In this document: positions 12,901 through 27,413 of the stretch, piece by piece
Numbering within the stretch: the stretch's first letter is position 1
How the letters are laid out: each line of letters begins with the position of its first letter
DNA from: Tubulanus polymorphus
Lineage: Eukaryota; Animalia; Nemertea
Length of the DNA: 64,000 bases
NCBI RefSeq assembly: GCF_964204645.1
Contig: NC_134027.1
Location: 8,650,485 to 8,714,484 of the forward strand
Direction of reading: 5' to 3'
Notes under the pieces: model-generated
Databases searched by the model: none
Seen by the model: the letters and a program-made list of their open reading frames with translations, nothing else
What the model was told of the DNA's origin: nothing
Program-made: the position numbers and the translations under genes

Positions 12901-14819
12901 GCGCTGTTGATAGCTGGCGGCTATGTTTCGAGATGGCTTTGCTGAATACCGAAAATCTACGCCAAGAAAACATGATTGGAGAATTTCGTATTATGTGGAT
13001 ATACATAATAGTTTTTTCGGGATCGAGCTTATACAACGAGAAGATAAGACCGGTCAACGGAGATATGGTCATCGCCCTAGGGGTACCGGACGAACCCACT
13101 AAAAGTGTAGAAAATAATTTCGGGTCAGGATTTTTCGAAATTTGGATACAATTTATTTTTTTGATAAACCATTCATAAATGATTTATTCGGGTACTTCGA
13201 TTTTTATAAATGAATCGAAACGTTGTTTATGTTTAGGTTATCGAAAAAAATCATATTTAAGATCTTTTTTCAATAGGAAAGTACCCCGTTTCTCGGTGAA
13301 AAGTGTCCTTTTTCTTTCCTTGAAAAACTACCCCTCAAGTAAGCTCGACACCAGGCCGCTGGAATTTATAACCGAACAACTGGTAAAAAACCCATTAATA
13401 CGCGATACACCCGACGTAAATGCCGTAGAAATCTACTATTTATTATCTTTTCCTCGGCAATAAGACCCAGTTGAGGAGGTAGGAGCGCCTATGCGATGTT
13501 TTGTTTTGTTACGCGCAAACCCATGAGCAAGCTTCTTGAATATAGCACCATCATACATTTTATACGAGAGATAAGTTGGGTATACGTGGTGTATCAGTTT
13601 TTGTCGACGGCATCATAAAAACAAACTACCTGCGATCCACTATTAAGAGCGGAATTCAATATTTCATTCAGTCCCTTACGATCGTTACCCTTGTGACATT
13701 ATGGATCGTAATATAGGTTTTTTTTTCGTGCTGAATAAAAGCAAAAAGTTTTCCCTCCGGACATGATGTAAAAAATAACACGTAGGCGGAACGTGGAAAT
13801 TTTCGACGAATAAAACGAATTCACTTTCCATATCGTTAACATTTTCCTAAAACCGCGTGGGTGACACGATGCAGTCAGTTTATTTCCTACCCTCAAATAT
13901 TCCCTCTAATTAGACCTAATTTCACTCAATGGTCTATCTAATGAGGGTTTCGCTGATAGTATGAAGGATTTAAAAAAAGAAAGCAAGTGGGCATCCGGTT
14001 ATACTTCGAATGCCACGGAAACAACAACGCGGTACGGTTTTAGGTGACTAACAGTGGTTGTTTATGACAGTTCAAATGCCTGAGGTTTCATATCTATCAT
14101 TTCTTTGCATTTATTTCGACAATCTTGAAATTAACACATTTTTACTAAGGAACTTACACAATTGATAAAACAGGACTATAGGGGATTCAAAAAATCCTAA
14201 GGAATCAGTCCAGTTGAATCCCCGTAGATGCAGATGTTGACCAGTCATTTTTTAGTTTCGCTGGCTATAAGAATATACGACTCGAATACAAAAATCTCGT
14301 TGGGTTTTAAAATGACCTGCTCTTTCCAGGGCGATACAGGATACGCCATTAAACTGTCTGTGTGTGTGCTTGGTCAACAAACCAATCGCAATCATGTTTA
14401 CGGACGTCTCCTCCAAACCGATGGTCGCCATGGCATATTGTCGATAGGGCCATTTACCATATGTCACTGGTGGAACGCGCATGAGTACGGTAATTTGGTC
14501 AGCTTCAGGTTGTGTCGACAAAACGGGCGTGCATTATTGACATTAAGCTTATTGTTTTCGCCCAGAGCAAATAGCCACTTGTCAGTCAAAGAAATACCGA
14601 GAGACGCACATTGTGCGGGAATTCGGATTTTTCTTTTTGGATTTCTATTTTACCAAGGAAGTATGATTTTACGAATTGATAAATTACTAATATCTCGTTT
14701 TATTGGAAAATTCAAATGCAGTAATTTTATTGTGAAATTGCAGAAAAAAGATACAGCACGAAGAATATAGAATATGTGATGGATGCTAGGTTTCAATATG
14801 ATATACCCGAAAGAAAAGT

Positions 14820-14910
14820 ATTCCCAGAAGATGACTACAGTCGAAACGTTGAATCATAGCTCTAGGAAACATTTTAGGACTTAATTTTTCGTCATTGTCG
14901 TGGGGTTCTC
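14820..14910 (+). repeat. Partial copy of the 27414-27590 hairpin element with a degenerate hammerhead core
   Basis: ctacagtcgaaacgttgaat...ctaggaaacattttaggactt...ttttcgtcatt..gtggggttctc aligns by eye to the loop and right arm of the 27.5 kb element. Confidence 0.6.
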
Positions 14911-15639
14911 TTTATATCATATTACAACACGGATATAGTGTCTTATCAATCGCGATGAGCCCAAAGAAACTTAAGCGTTTTGAGTATATGAATGGGAAAA
15001 TCTAGACAGAAACGGGAGTCTTTCGAACAAAAACTTAAACTAACGGAAATGAAATTAATAATCTTGAGTTAACAAAGGGGGCATTACAGCAAAATTATTT
15101 GTTAATGAGTACCGAGGAAAAGATTTAATCTTATGTTCTCCGGACAAATCGCATGCACATTGATAAATCATTAAGAAACAATATTGACTTACTTTTGACT
15201 CGTAAATAGCCGCTCTGCGTCCTCGCCGTGGCATTGGTGGAGATGGTTCGTCGTCACTTTCATCAGAGGTACTGTGTATGCTACCGATGCTGGCGCGGCG
15301 AAATTGCTGAAACGAGCAGAGAACTAATTACCTTTCGTAATATAAACATCATATAACGCTATAAGGGAGGGAGGGAGCGAAGAGTGAGCGAGGGGGAGGA
15401 AGAGTTGTAATATCTAGAACCGTGCCTTTGTAGTCGGGATTGCGGGGTTATGCGGAAAATCTGACCGTTATTGTTGAATGATTAACGCATAACAGTATGC
15501 TAACAATGTCTTTGATAAAGGTTCGTTGGCGATTACGTGTCGAAGGCAAGTTTGTGTTATTTCTTACAGCCATTATGCATTTCATGACGTTAACACGCAT
15601 ATACGACTGGTCACGGATGTTAGAGAGGAAAATGACCAT

Positions 15640-15754
15640 CAGGGTCCAGTTCCACAGTTCCGAGTTTAGGATTTCACTAAGAGTTAACGCATCTAAAATG
15701 GACTAACTTTAACTCAGAGTTAACTCTGACTATCAACTATGGTACTGGGTCCTG
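15640..15754. mobile_element. PIF/Harbinger-like MITE
   Basis: Imperfect ~20-bp TIRs cagggtccagttccacagtt / aactatggtactgggtcctg with internal agagttaac repeats; superfamily inferred from the GGxCCAGTT terminus. Confidence 0.55.
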
Positions 15755-17249
15755 TAACTTTATTCTTATGATACAAAGATTATGCGAACCTCAGTTCTTT
15801 TATGAAGCTTTGATTTTCAAGCGCACCCACAGAAATAAATGGCTATAATTTGTTGGTAGGCGATGACTATGATACGTAAAAAGCCCCACGAAATCGCGAT
15901 TTGTATTTTGGTGACTCCAGGCTGGCACCAGGATTCCCGACGATCATCATATCTTCATTAAGCTAGTATACCGGACACACCCATTGTGTCGAGGATCGAT
16001 TCGTTTAGACCCGTGGTCTCGCGAACGCGCAGAAAGTGGAGATTTTTGCTTCAATCTACATCGATTTATGACCATAAACGTTACTAAACAAGTTGGTTTA
16101 TACAGGACTCGCGTCTTCTCTATATCTTTTCTTCGTAAATTCCGTCTTGCACATATTCAACCCAATAATATGACAACATGACGTCAACCAAATCGATTTC
16201 GGACGAATAAAAAAAATGAAATCTGATATACAATCGTATTTTTGTCGTTCTGACGTAGGTTTCAGATTATAGAACTAGACAGAATCAAAATGAAATATAG
16301 CTGCGGGTAACGGGTTTTCTGCATTAACGATCCTCTTGCTTGGAAGCAATAAATTCTTAATGAATGGAATTGCCGAATCGTAGTCCGTAGCCCTGCCCTG
16401 TGATTGCAGAACCGAATCAAGTGCTGCCAATTCCGTTTATTCATAACAGCAAGAACATGCAACGATACGCAACAACGGCGGACTATTCAGTGCGGCAAGA
16501 CAGCTCGACGGTGCTTTTGTAACGTTGATTCGTCATAATACAGTAGGAGCCTCTAGTAAATACAATCTTATTCAAATTATCGTATAAAAACCCGCGAACG
16601 CCGGATGCGTTAAACGCGCTGAATAAATTGAATTTGACGTTGACTTGATTCCAGACGTGGCGTCTCAGCTAACAGAATGCAAATGGCGGATGATTCAACA
16701 CGGCGAAAGTGGCGATGTTTACAGGATTAGTTCGACCGGTACAAATATTCTGATGGATCTAATGCACAGTATTTGTGAATGCATCGGAATACCGATGACA
16801 CGTTAAATTTCATTGAGAATAGCAATAAAAACAGCAGATTATACACTTTTAGAAAATATAGTGTGGGGAGAAAAAATGATATCAATCAAGGGAATAACAA
16901 TAGGGTTTTCTGCCGAATAGTCAGGGAACCTTGACGAAAATCGGTATATTTTCGAATCTTGGCAGTAAAATAAAGCTTCCCTTTGACATACGAAGATTCT
17001 TTTTATTCATATGTGCTTTGAAGTTTGCCGACTTCAAATAACTCATTCACGTTCGTTCTCTGGCAAGATGACGATACATTCGTTTATCGAGTGACACAAA
17101 AGCAGTGATAGCGATAACGTTAATTAGTGAACACGTGAAACCAACGGCGGTGATATATCATAGACAACGTTGATAATCGTATATCACAACTTGGCGTGGT
17201 ATTTTTTTAAATTTCAAGCAATATACGACGGTGAAATAAGCCAACTTAC

Positions 17250-17291
17250 GAAACTACGAAGGCTGTCGATATCAAATTCTTCGTCCGACTC
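17250..17291 (-). CDS. PLEKHG7: Internal coding exon ESDEEFDIDSLRSF, phase 0 to 0
   Basis: Acceptor atttatttcttacacgaacag|GAG, donor TTC|gtaagt; 42 nt; inside ORF 17214..17522. Confidence 0.75.
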
Positions 17292-17909
17292 CTGTTCGTG
17301 TAAGAAATAAATGATCGGATAAACATGAATAAATATTTTTTCTTGGAATCTCGTCTGATGAAGCTCGGCCATAATCAAACCACGCCGAGCGAAGTGACCA
17401 AGTTTTTTGTTGTTAATGTAGCCTGCCCGCGCGAGTACTTGACATACATAGACAAATACGAAGGTCGACAGGTAGACAGTTAAATGACGACGAGTCGACT
17501 CGGACGACGGTCCACTTCGCATTATTAGTCCGATAAAGTGTTAAATAAATCCGCAGCGCGTGATATGGCGTTGTGCGGGTATGTTGATTGAAATCGGAAA
17601 TTTATGTGGCTAATGCTCGGAGCTCTTGTCTGCCTTTTGAAATGGAAGCTATTTCCTTGCCGTCAGCGAAATTCTTAGCATGCCTTGTCTCTAGTGGAGA
17701 TTTCATTTAATACGTAAATATTCACCCGACGCGATGGATGATAATAACTCAGTTTGCGCGTGGTGATACATTTAAGCTTCGGTATTAAGATAGTTGAAGA
17801 CCAGCCAACTACGCCATGACTGGTCACGCCGGACGAAACAGCGTCATAAAAATCGCATGATCTTGACCCACACAAGTTGTTTTAGTAATACTAACAGTAA
17901 TTTGATTTC

Positions 17910-18198
17910 TCTAGCCCACTGTGATACAATGTTCAACGGCGCTTTCCATTGAATTGGTATTATCACCCTAGCCTTTATTCTAACCCTTTTTTCAGTCATC
18001 TCTCACTGGGGAAAAGTAAAACCCGAGCTAGGCGCTCAGGAGTCATCTATCAGACAAGGTACCCATTTGCTCCTGGGTGAGGGGAGACAATGAGAATAAG
18101 TGTCTTGCCCGGGATTCAGCGGTAATGTACGAGGGTTCGAACTCACAACCAGGCTTCTCAGAGTCGAACGCTCTAACCACTCGCCCATACCCTCGCCC
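17910..18198 (-). mobile_element. tRNA-derived SINE with Nin/Deu-like central domain
   Basis: Minus strand: A box tgggcgagtggttagagcg, B box gagttcgaaccc, then gggcaagacactt...tcacccaggagcaaatgggtacc (Deu/Nin-like core) and an aaagcgcc tail segment. The 3' boundary is approximate. Confidence 0.75.
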
Positions 18199-21100
18199 AA
18201 GTCTAATTCGTAATGCTGAAGGGGCGGGAGATTGATTACGGTGACATGATCTGATACAGGAGTCTGTATCACTGTTTATGCATTTCTCCGGATAAATTAT
18301 AGGCCTGCGGCTGGATTGGTCAAAGTATTGTGATTAAGAAAAACAAATTACAAGCTTAACGGAAGATGTAATGTAGTTTTGCGAATGGAATGGTGGACCT
18401 TTCTCCCACCGGGGCTCGAGGAACGTTTTTCGGTGGCAACAACACCGGATAACGGATGTCTTCGCATCGATGAGATAGCGACACCGCAACAATCCACTAA
18501 CACATCATTATATTAGCATCACCCGTACAACAAAAATTACAAAGACGCATTAATAACCGGTTATAAATCATCATTGTTGGGCGCTCGAGCAAATCTGGTG
18601 AAGAAGGGCACGTGATATATTATAATCATAGCTGACAGTATAGTGTCAATAAAACAGCGTATCTGCAGCAATGAACGAACAAAGCCCGCCATTTCCTAAG
18701 CATTGGACCCATATTCGAAATAAAACCTCGGGCTCGGAAAAGTACGATTTAACAGACGATAAAAGAAATGAATAATGTCTTACAGAGACAGTAGATCTCT
18801 AACCAACCGACTAAGATTTCCTGACCGCACGAAAGTAGAACGACAACCTTCTTATTACTGCATTTATTGGTTTTACATCGGTTTTGATAACTTTTGCAAA
18901 ATAAATAATTCGATATACAATGAATTAACATTGAATGTAAATAATGAATAATATACATTGTTTTGCACTCTTGCGCCGAGATATCATAATTTGACATAGA
19001 AGCTCAGTTTCACAAAATGGTTTAAATTCCAAGAACAAAACTTAAATTTGATGGTATCAGCTAGAAAAACGAAATTGATCGGTTACCGCATGAAATAGAT
19101 TTTTCAATATTTACTTCGGACATTTATCCGTGGTCAGATCGGAAAGTGATTCAATATTATGCAGGCAATCAAATCCTGTACCGTAAAATAAAAATATCGA
19201 GTCGTTCGATACACCGTCGCCGACATCACCCGGTCGGCTACTGCTATAGCGAGTATGCCATCTATGACTCAAGCGCGTAGTCCGCAGATAGATTCGTGCA
19301 GTATTTTCCATATTACTGGCAGATTAAGTTCAACTCTCTCTCTCTCTCTGTCGCTGTATTACCATCGTTAACTGGATTCGTGAGTTAATCAATCGAGTCC
19401 TCACTTATTGAATTCGAAATTGAAATGAATATTGGCGACTCGGAGATTACTGCACATTGCCAAAACTATAAACTCTTAATCAGATAAAAACCAACGATCT
19501 ACAAATCAAAAGAATTCAAAAACAAGAAATTTATTTATTCGAACAATCTAGAATATATAAAATACACGACGTTTCGATCTCACGACACACTTCACACGAC
19601 AACAGTTGCCAAAACTAAACCTAACTCTTAAAATCAAATGTTTGTAAAATATCCGTGAGAACAGTATAAACAATCTATCTAAATCATCATAACGATTGTC
19701 AGAGATGACGTCACGATTCGATTGCGCAATACCAACGAATACGAGTCCCTAGCGGGGTTCACTTCGAACTAATTTATCCGGCATTCTAAAGTCGATATGG
19801 GCCAGAATCAATTTTCTATACATTTTCGAAAGATGTTAGAAGACATGCATTTATTATCAAAACAGCATTTTTTGGATTCGATGGCATTTGCCTTATAAGA
19901 AATATGATTACTTGCCTCAAACCTCGTGCCATCATGATTCATTGTCTGATCCATGACCCTAATTAGAGTCGATGAAGTTGATTATGAAAGAAATACATGC
20001 GGGTTATCAATTTCTTACTCAAATCGAACCTAAAATGTGTCTTGAGTTGTTTATACTGTAAAATATCCATCTTTAGATTGAAAAAGGTTGTTTTGCTTGG
20101 CAGGTCAATACTCCGAGTAAGAAGATGGCGTATTGGGAATACAATTTGACGGACGCCAATTCACACAGCCTGCACAGGAAATAAGTTTCTTTATCGGGCA
20201 TGATATATGTAATTGGAAAACGAAAGGTAATTCTACTTATGTTGTCGATATAATCAGGCTCTTAAGACTTTGTCCCCGGATAAAAAGGGATTCACTCGGT
20301 GGCATCAATTCACCGATCAATTCTCGCCTATTAACACGCACGCTATAGATCGGGTGTTCAGTTTTGATCGGCTAGAAACATGGCCGCGGCAAATTTCGGA
20401 ATTACGCACGAAAATCCCTGGGCTTTCTGATAATTAGCGAGGAACCGACTGCGATCAAAACCAGCGGCGGCGCGCGACGCGAATATCGGTGACATCGATT
20501 TTGATATATCGTACATAATACGGCGGGAACGTTGCCCTGAGAACGCGCTGGGGAAGTCGGGATTAGTAAGCTCAACCACTCGACGAATAATTAATGACGA
20601 CCGCCAATTCTCTATCTCGACGTCAAACTCGGTCTTTCCCAGAGAGATGCGCATCATATTCTCGTAGTTTCGGACGCGATTCATATACGGCCGCGAGCGG
20701 TTAGGTATATAAGATCTTAGATAATAGCAGCCGATCTCTGCAGCAGTCCAATTATCGAAATCCTCAACGAACGCGTACGTCGAATACGTTCAAATATGAG
20801 AGTTCATATGAGTTAGATGTACAATGGAGATTGGTAATATACATATAACATATATACTTATATGTTGATGCCCCGATCAAGGCAAAGTTACCAAACAAGC
20901 AAACTCGTATTCAGATTCTTTGTCAGCGTTACAAAGCAATGGCGGAATATGACAATGGCCACTCGCCTTATATTTTCTAATCAAATCTTGTCGCTGGTAA
21001 TAATGCTCGGAGCTCGGAGCTAGGACCCGTGCGAACAAAACAACTGGCGAACTTTACTTTCGACTCGTCAACCAACTCGGGTATAGTATCGTAATCGTAA

Positions 21101-23704
21101 CGAAAGTAAGTATTTATACAAGGCAGCAGCAGCAGCAGCCACGATACAGCCTTGGACGACGCAGTGTCACGCTCATAGTTTATTGGCAAATCTGACCACG
21201 TGTAGACAGGAAGCCAAACCAGGCCCTAATCATGCTCGAGCACGTAATTCGTGAAAAGGAACAAAGATGTAAGATCGTTGGTAATGCAAATACGTTTTCG
21301 ACTGTAGACTTATGCCGTTCTTTTTTATGTAGCGACTAAATCAGTTCGTTTCGCACCGTGCAGCACAGGAAAATCAGTTTTCTAGTTACTTCAACAGCAA
21401 GTCGCCAAAGCATTAATTCCATCATCAAGGCAACATTGTCTACTACTTCTGTATGTCAAGTACTTTTTTCCACCTAGTGTCCAACCCGAAACATAGGTCG
21501 GATGATCAAACGCCATTCTTTGCCTGATATGCCGATAGCACTTCACCAAAGTAAAGCATAATGCCATTACGCTTACAGATTCTGCATTTTTCTTTACCAC
21601 CCGAGAAGACTCTAGAATATCTTGCCAGAGCAGAATACTCGAAATCGCTCTTTCGCATACAAATACTCAGGAGTCCATCCATTGAGTGTAAAATTGGAAA
21701 GTCCCCGTATAGCCTGTAAGCGGTGAGAGTCACAAAATGGAATTTGAACCTTTTTTCTATTGAACACAATGCACGTCGTTTGTGCGATCGAGATGTCGGG
21801 ATCACTTCGTCTCCTTCTCGGTTTTCACTAATTCGCATTATGGCTACCGATTCCCTGAACTAACTTTCATATCGATGAAAGCCTTATCTCGGAAGAGGAA
21901 CGAACAAGACGAGACGAGTATTGCTAAATAACAACGGATTAGTATAGGCATTCATATTGCAATGGTTCTGTTATAGCTATTGGGAGCAGAGATACAACAG
22001 GTGATCGTGTGAGGCGAGTCACGTCGGCAAACTGGAAACCTATGTCAAATAAAACCGACAGTCGCGGAAGCGTTGCGGAGAAAACCGATGACGTTCTCAA
22101 ATTCGAACACGGACATTTTGCAACAGCGCATGCGGCGAACTTCTCGAAAACATATCAATTTTTAAAGGCGAACCAGAGCGAGGAGTGCCGTCAATAGAAA
22201 TCATCCATACAATAAGATTTGTTGAATTCTGCTGTTGGCCGAATGGTTGAGAAGGACAAATAGATACGAAGCAATAGGTAAAGTTATTTCTGGGTTTGTT
22301 AATCGGTTGCAGAATTCTAACATGCTAAAGATTGTAATTTACCACTCAGTCAACGAATAAATTATATCCAAGTTAGTAAAGGGATATGATAATGTAATAT
22401 CTGACATTTTTGTTTTTAAAAGTTGATCTCCCCGTTTTCATTCATAATCCTTGATATCGAATTAGAACGTGAGCTCAGGAAGCTCGTTCTTCGTTTGAGC
22501 GTTCGGTATAGAGAACGCCGTCGTATCGCACACTGGAGCGGAAATTTATTATTTCAATCGTTTTTCGAGGATAGACCTGTGCACACACCGCCTCATAGCT
22601 GCGACACGTCGACATATCAACCGATAATGCTTGGCTCTATAGATAGCCCGTGGCGGGCGAAGAGACGAAATAATGTGCACCGCCGACGCAAAGATAGACG
22701 ATGAAGATTTTATGAGACCATATTCCTGATTTGCATACGGAGTATCCCCCACAAGGAGTTAACATAAGTGGTCGCTTTATGACCCACAAGTGCAGCCGAG
22801 CTCGTACGAGTATACCCATTGTCCAGCAGCTCCGTATCTTACGAGACATTTTGCACTGCACCCATGGTAAATCATCGAGCCATCGCTGGAATTCTTATAG
22901 GGCAATCAGTCCGGTTGAATACTCGACAATCTCTTCCATTGCGCAACAAGCCAGGCAATCGTGTTTTTCATCAATGCTCCGGAGAAGGTTCCGGGATTTA
23001 GAGGATATGCAAGAGAGGGAGAGAGAGGGAGGGCAGCATTCAGATACAAATTAGGATTTGTTTCAACTCATCCGAAATGCAAAGATTCGTTCGACGAATA
23101 AGTCATCCAAATTACAACTAATTTCCATCTAAACCGGAGCTTATAGAGTAAAACTGAAAACCACCGTGTAGACAGACGCTTAAAGAAACGCATCGCTTAA
23201 AATATCGTTCGTTGCTTATTCCATTTAATCTAGCGACGCAACCATAGAAAATAGCGATCCGTTAGGAAAATCAATCTTAACCAATGATGTTGAGAGTCTT
23301 TATCCCATCGCAATGTGATGCATTGCTAAGAGTTCACGGTAAACCTCGTTAACACAGTTGCGTTACACTGCAACACCTGATGCTACGAAAAAAGGGTAAA
23401 ACATGAAAAGCAATTCAACATGTGATGTAATCCTTGAAATATCTAAAAAAAAAAACTGGCGACAGAATTAATTATACAGCTTGCAGCGAGTCACAACGAA
23501 TGCCGACGGCAATTTCAAGTTCAATGTTCGTCTTTTTTGACAGCCTGTAAAAACCGTTACAATAATGTTTCTATATTGATAACTGCTATGCGTTATTCAA
23601 GGGGTATTGTGCGAGTCGATGCGCACTACGTCATCATTATTGGCGTTTCAAAATAAAAATAGAAAACAGCGCCGAAACTCGGAATGACAATACACGCGCT
23701 GCAG

Positions 23705-24365
23705 TTAAGGGGCCATTGGGTAAAAACTAGGCAAGATATCTTAAAATTTTAAAGTTCACTTGAAAGGGGGCGTTTATCTGCACAGTTCTTGAAATGTTTG
23801 GATTTTCTAGGTAAATTATTTCTGAAAATAACCAACTTCAAAGTTCATTACCCTGGATTTGTATACGCGCGACAAAGACTGACCACCAATTTTTATATCG
23901 CTCTCATGTTGCAATGTTGCAAATCTGAGAAATGCTTTTTGCATGAATGAAAACTAGAGATTCACACGGTTTGAATGCTGCTAAACTGTCAAAATCCATC
24001 TAGGGACAGATGAAATATGATTTAAAAAAATGTCCCAACAATGCGGGACAAAAGTACCCTAACAAAATGGCGGCTAGCAACTTAAAATGGTTTATTACAC
24101 AGATTATGAATTCTGCCGTTCATTTTCTAATTAGATATATTTCATAACTCCTATTTTCTATTTAACAAAATTTTCATGTCTTTTGAATCAGTGAAATTTT
24201 GGTGGATGTGCCGTTATACGTCATCAATATTTGGGCTAAACAGGTTAGACTGGTTGCCGGTCAATTCAATTCAATTAATGTCGGTATATTCAAATTCCAA
24301 ATAACTTGATTGCTTCTTGACATTATTCCATATCATTCATTTTCGGTGATAATATTAGACAACAC
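23705..24365 (+). mobile_element. Degenerate non-autonomous DNA element (TTAA-GGGG start, Kolobok-like) containing dispersed repeat segments
   Basis: Starts ttaagggg; 24025-24075 matches 58491-58545 in reverse; 24117-24365 is a copy of repeat family B. Confidence 0.45.
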
Positions 24366-26010
24366 ATATTCGTGTTTTTCTTCAAAGCGTCAACAATACT
24401 TCCAAGTTGGTTTTGTTGTTCTATATTTGTATAATGCATTTTGTCGACATGTTTCCGCAGACTTCCTACTCATTTCGTGACACGGCGGAGCAGAATCCTC
24501 TAGCTAATGCGGTTATCTCCGACACTTCGAGCATTCCGTCGCCTCGGATATAGATGCGATGGCCAGAGAGGCGAGAGAGAAAACAGCCGACAGCTCCAAT
24601 ACGTCATTTCCGGTTGACTGAACGGCGTTAGTTAGTTTAAGGAAGACGTTGCCGAGAATCTATCAGGTATCCGATAGGTCAGAACGATATCAAGAATTGA
24701 CAATACTTCAGAAGTGGTTATCGATAATTGTCACCTCGCAAACAGATTCTCTATCGATTAACCATTAAGTACGGCGGGCATCGGCGCAAAGACCATCCAA
24801 TTAAATCGGATCCGTAAATAGAATGTATGTAGGCCTATGTTGTATACCTATCATCACTATTGATGACGAGGGCTACATGTGTGGTCAGATTTCCAAGTAG
24901 CACGATTTTCGGTAATAAATCCCAACGACTGAAATGGATGAGGTGCGGAAGAATTGAAAGTATGATCACCAACCACATAACGCGCGTGGAATGGTATTGT
25001 ATGGTAGTATGGTATTATCAGCGGAAACCAAAACTAACGAAAAAGCAATTCAATATAATTATAACGGGTACAAAGCAAAGCTTGCCATTTGTCATAATTA
25101 AAAGGTTTTATACGGGCGATGATATCTATCGTAAAGCTGACAGGAAAGGTGCTTTAGTCAGTGATTATTCGGGTAAAATTCATCGTGATCGATTGCGCTG
25201 CTAGAAGATCAGCCACTATATAACTCAGTGCGCCCGACCGGGTGTTGTGGGAGTGTTGAGTGGAATTCAATCTTTAATGTTTCCATTTCGCGCTTTATTT
25301 TTCGCTGAAATTCGATTGCGGTTGTACGTCGACCGAGACGTTCACAAAACACGACGCGAAGTTGCGCCATGCAGATTGAAGATACCGGATGGCAATGTTT
25401 ATCTACCATCGAAGTGACTCTGTGTTTTATTGCATGATGCAAACGTGATTCGGGTTCTTTTCGAAAATATTTTCCTCGAAAACTATAATAGCGCTCACGG
25501 TTCGAATGGATAAGATCTCGAGTTTTATTTTCGACTTATGACGAACTTTTCACTTTAATGCGACGAATGAACAAATGCTGACAGAGAACTTTATCGACTG
25601 CCATCATACGCGGAAGGTTATTATGAAAAAGCAAACGATGTATTGGGCCCGTATTGGGAACGACGGTTATCAAAATACATTTTTCTTGTTGATTCAATTT
25701 GCAAAGTCAACGTGCATGCCGATATTTCACATCAATTATGAATATCCCTAGCATGCTTTTGACGTACGGGAACGTTGGGATCAATATCGTCGCATGTAAA
25801 CCTTTTCAGCATCTAATTCTATATTCCGACTAAATCCGGATTCTCAAATTTGCGAGGAATCTTCTGTTGTCGTCGTGCATCTGAAGCATTTCGCTCATTC
25901 ATCGCATAACGATTGATAAAACATTATAGAGAAACAGGGAGAGAGGGAGGGAGTTGATGGTAAGGGAGGGAGGGAGTTGAGGTTAAGATAGTGGTAAGAG
26001 GAGAGATCTT

Positions 26011-26330
26011 GCCTCCGCGGCTTGGTGGATAAAGACTTTGGCTCAAAATTGAGATGTCGTGAGTGTAAATCCTAGTGAACACATGTTATTCAGGCAGGAC
26101 ATATATAAAGTGTTTCTTGACTCATTGATCTAATAGCGAAACAGTCGTACAGTAGTATAAATCATCAGCACGTTGATGTTGTCTTCATTCGACTTAGGTC
26201 TTGATTAAAGGAGACTCTTTGGTAATCCTTCTTAGTGGTACACACTGGAATAACTAATTTTGTTGTCCGCGATTGTTGTGGTCATGTTAAGACCTAAATG
26301 AGGTTCGTACCCCAAAAAGAAAGTAAAATA
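26011..26330 (+). mobile_element. Possible old tRNA-derived SINE
   Basis: Degenerate A box (gcggcttggtgg) and B box (gagtgtaaatcc) at tRNA-like spacing; A-rich end near 26313-26330. Confidence 0.3.
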
Positions 26331-27413
26331 TCCCAGAAAAACACGTCTCATACATTGAATCAGTGGACTACAGTTATGCAGAAGATGTAGAAGAACTAAA
26401 AGAAGGGTTGAGTCAGAAAATAATATTTAGAGTCGAGTCCATGCATGAGTGCTAACGTGGTCGCAAACTCTCCGGGAAACGTGGCCTTTCTAGAATTAAT
26501 CTGTTTACCTTGCTACGCGTACTAGTGGTCGGATGGTTTGACATTACGATCAGTTCGTGTGGTGTACTCATCAGATTTATCAACGGTCGCCGTGTCTCTA
26601 ATGCTGTTAGCAGTGTATCCGTTTGAAATACTAACGGCGTGTATTATTTTGCTTGACCGCACTGCGGCTGACCGCTGCCCCGATATGATAATGTGCTCGT
26701 CGGCTGTTTCCTATTCAGTTTATACTCACGGGCCTCGTCGGAGCAAGATAAGGAATTCATATCATAACGCAAATGAAAGCCGCAACCAAGGAACCTACCA
26801 GTTTATAGAAACATTCGACTAAAGTAGACTTCTTTTCTTCGTGACAAAACAAAATCAAACATCGGTTTTGTAAACATCCGACAACTCTCTCACTCGTTCT
26901 TTCTTTTCCTTTCGATTAGACGGCTGGAGATTGCGTCTAAAAGGCCGTGTTACTGCAATAACCATCCCGCCGTATTCGTCACGACGCTCAATTGACAACC
27001 TTCTTTTGAACCCTATCAGCGAGACTTGATCGGATTGTTCATCATAGGGCTAATTACGTACGTCGTCGATTTTGAAATTGAAGACGCACAGTTAAAAACA
27101 TGATTGATCGGATCGGGCAAACGAATCACTGTTGTCTTGGGGTGCGAATATTGCCGTTCATTTTATACTCTATATCCGATGTATATATTAACCGATGCAC
27201 GACGGAATATCTCATTAGAATCCAATTATAATGGTAGCCATGAAAATGCTAATTACCCCTAAAAGCTGAGGGTATTAAAAACCAATCCTTCATTCGATAG
27301 CCTGAATCTATACTATAAAGACACAAAAAACACCACATCTACAGCTTTACCCTGGAACGTAATTCTACACTATTGATAAGACACCATATCCGTTTTGAGA
27401 CGATGGTAAAATG

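Noticed and set aside
14228-14770. 180-aa plus-strand ORF
   Set aside because: No recognisable domain, non-protein-like composition, antisense within an intron.
20358-20684. 108-aa minus-strand ORF in a CpG-rich block
   Set aside because: No splice signals fitting the exon chain and no recognisable protein features.
22423-23054. Cluster of overlapping ORFs and candidates MGAVQNVS / MSTCRSYEAVCAQ
   Set aside because: Wrong phase or very weak donor (gtctat); explained by locally higher GC.
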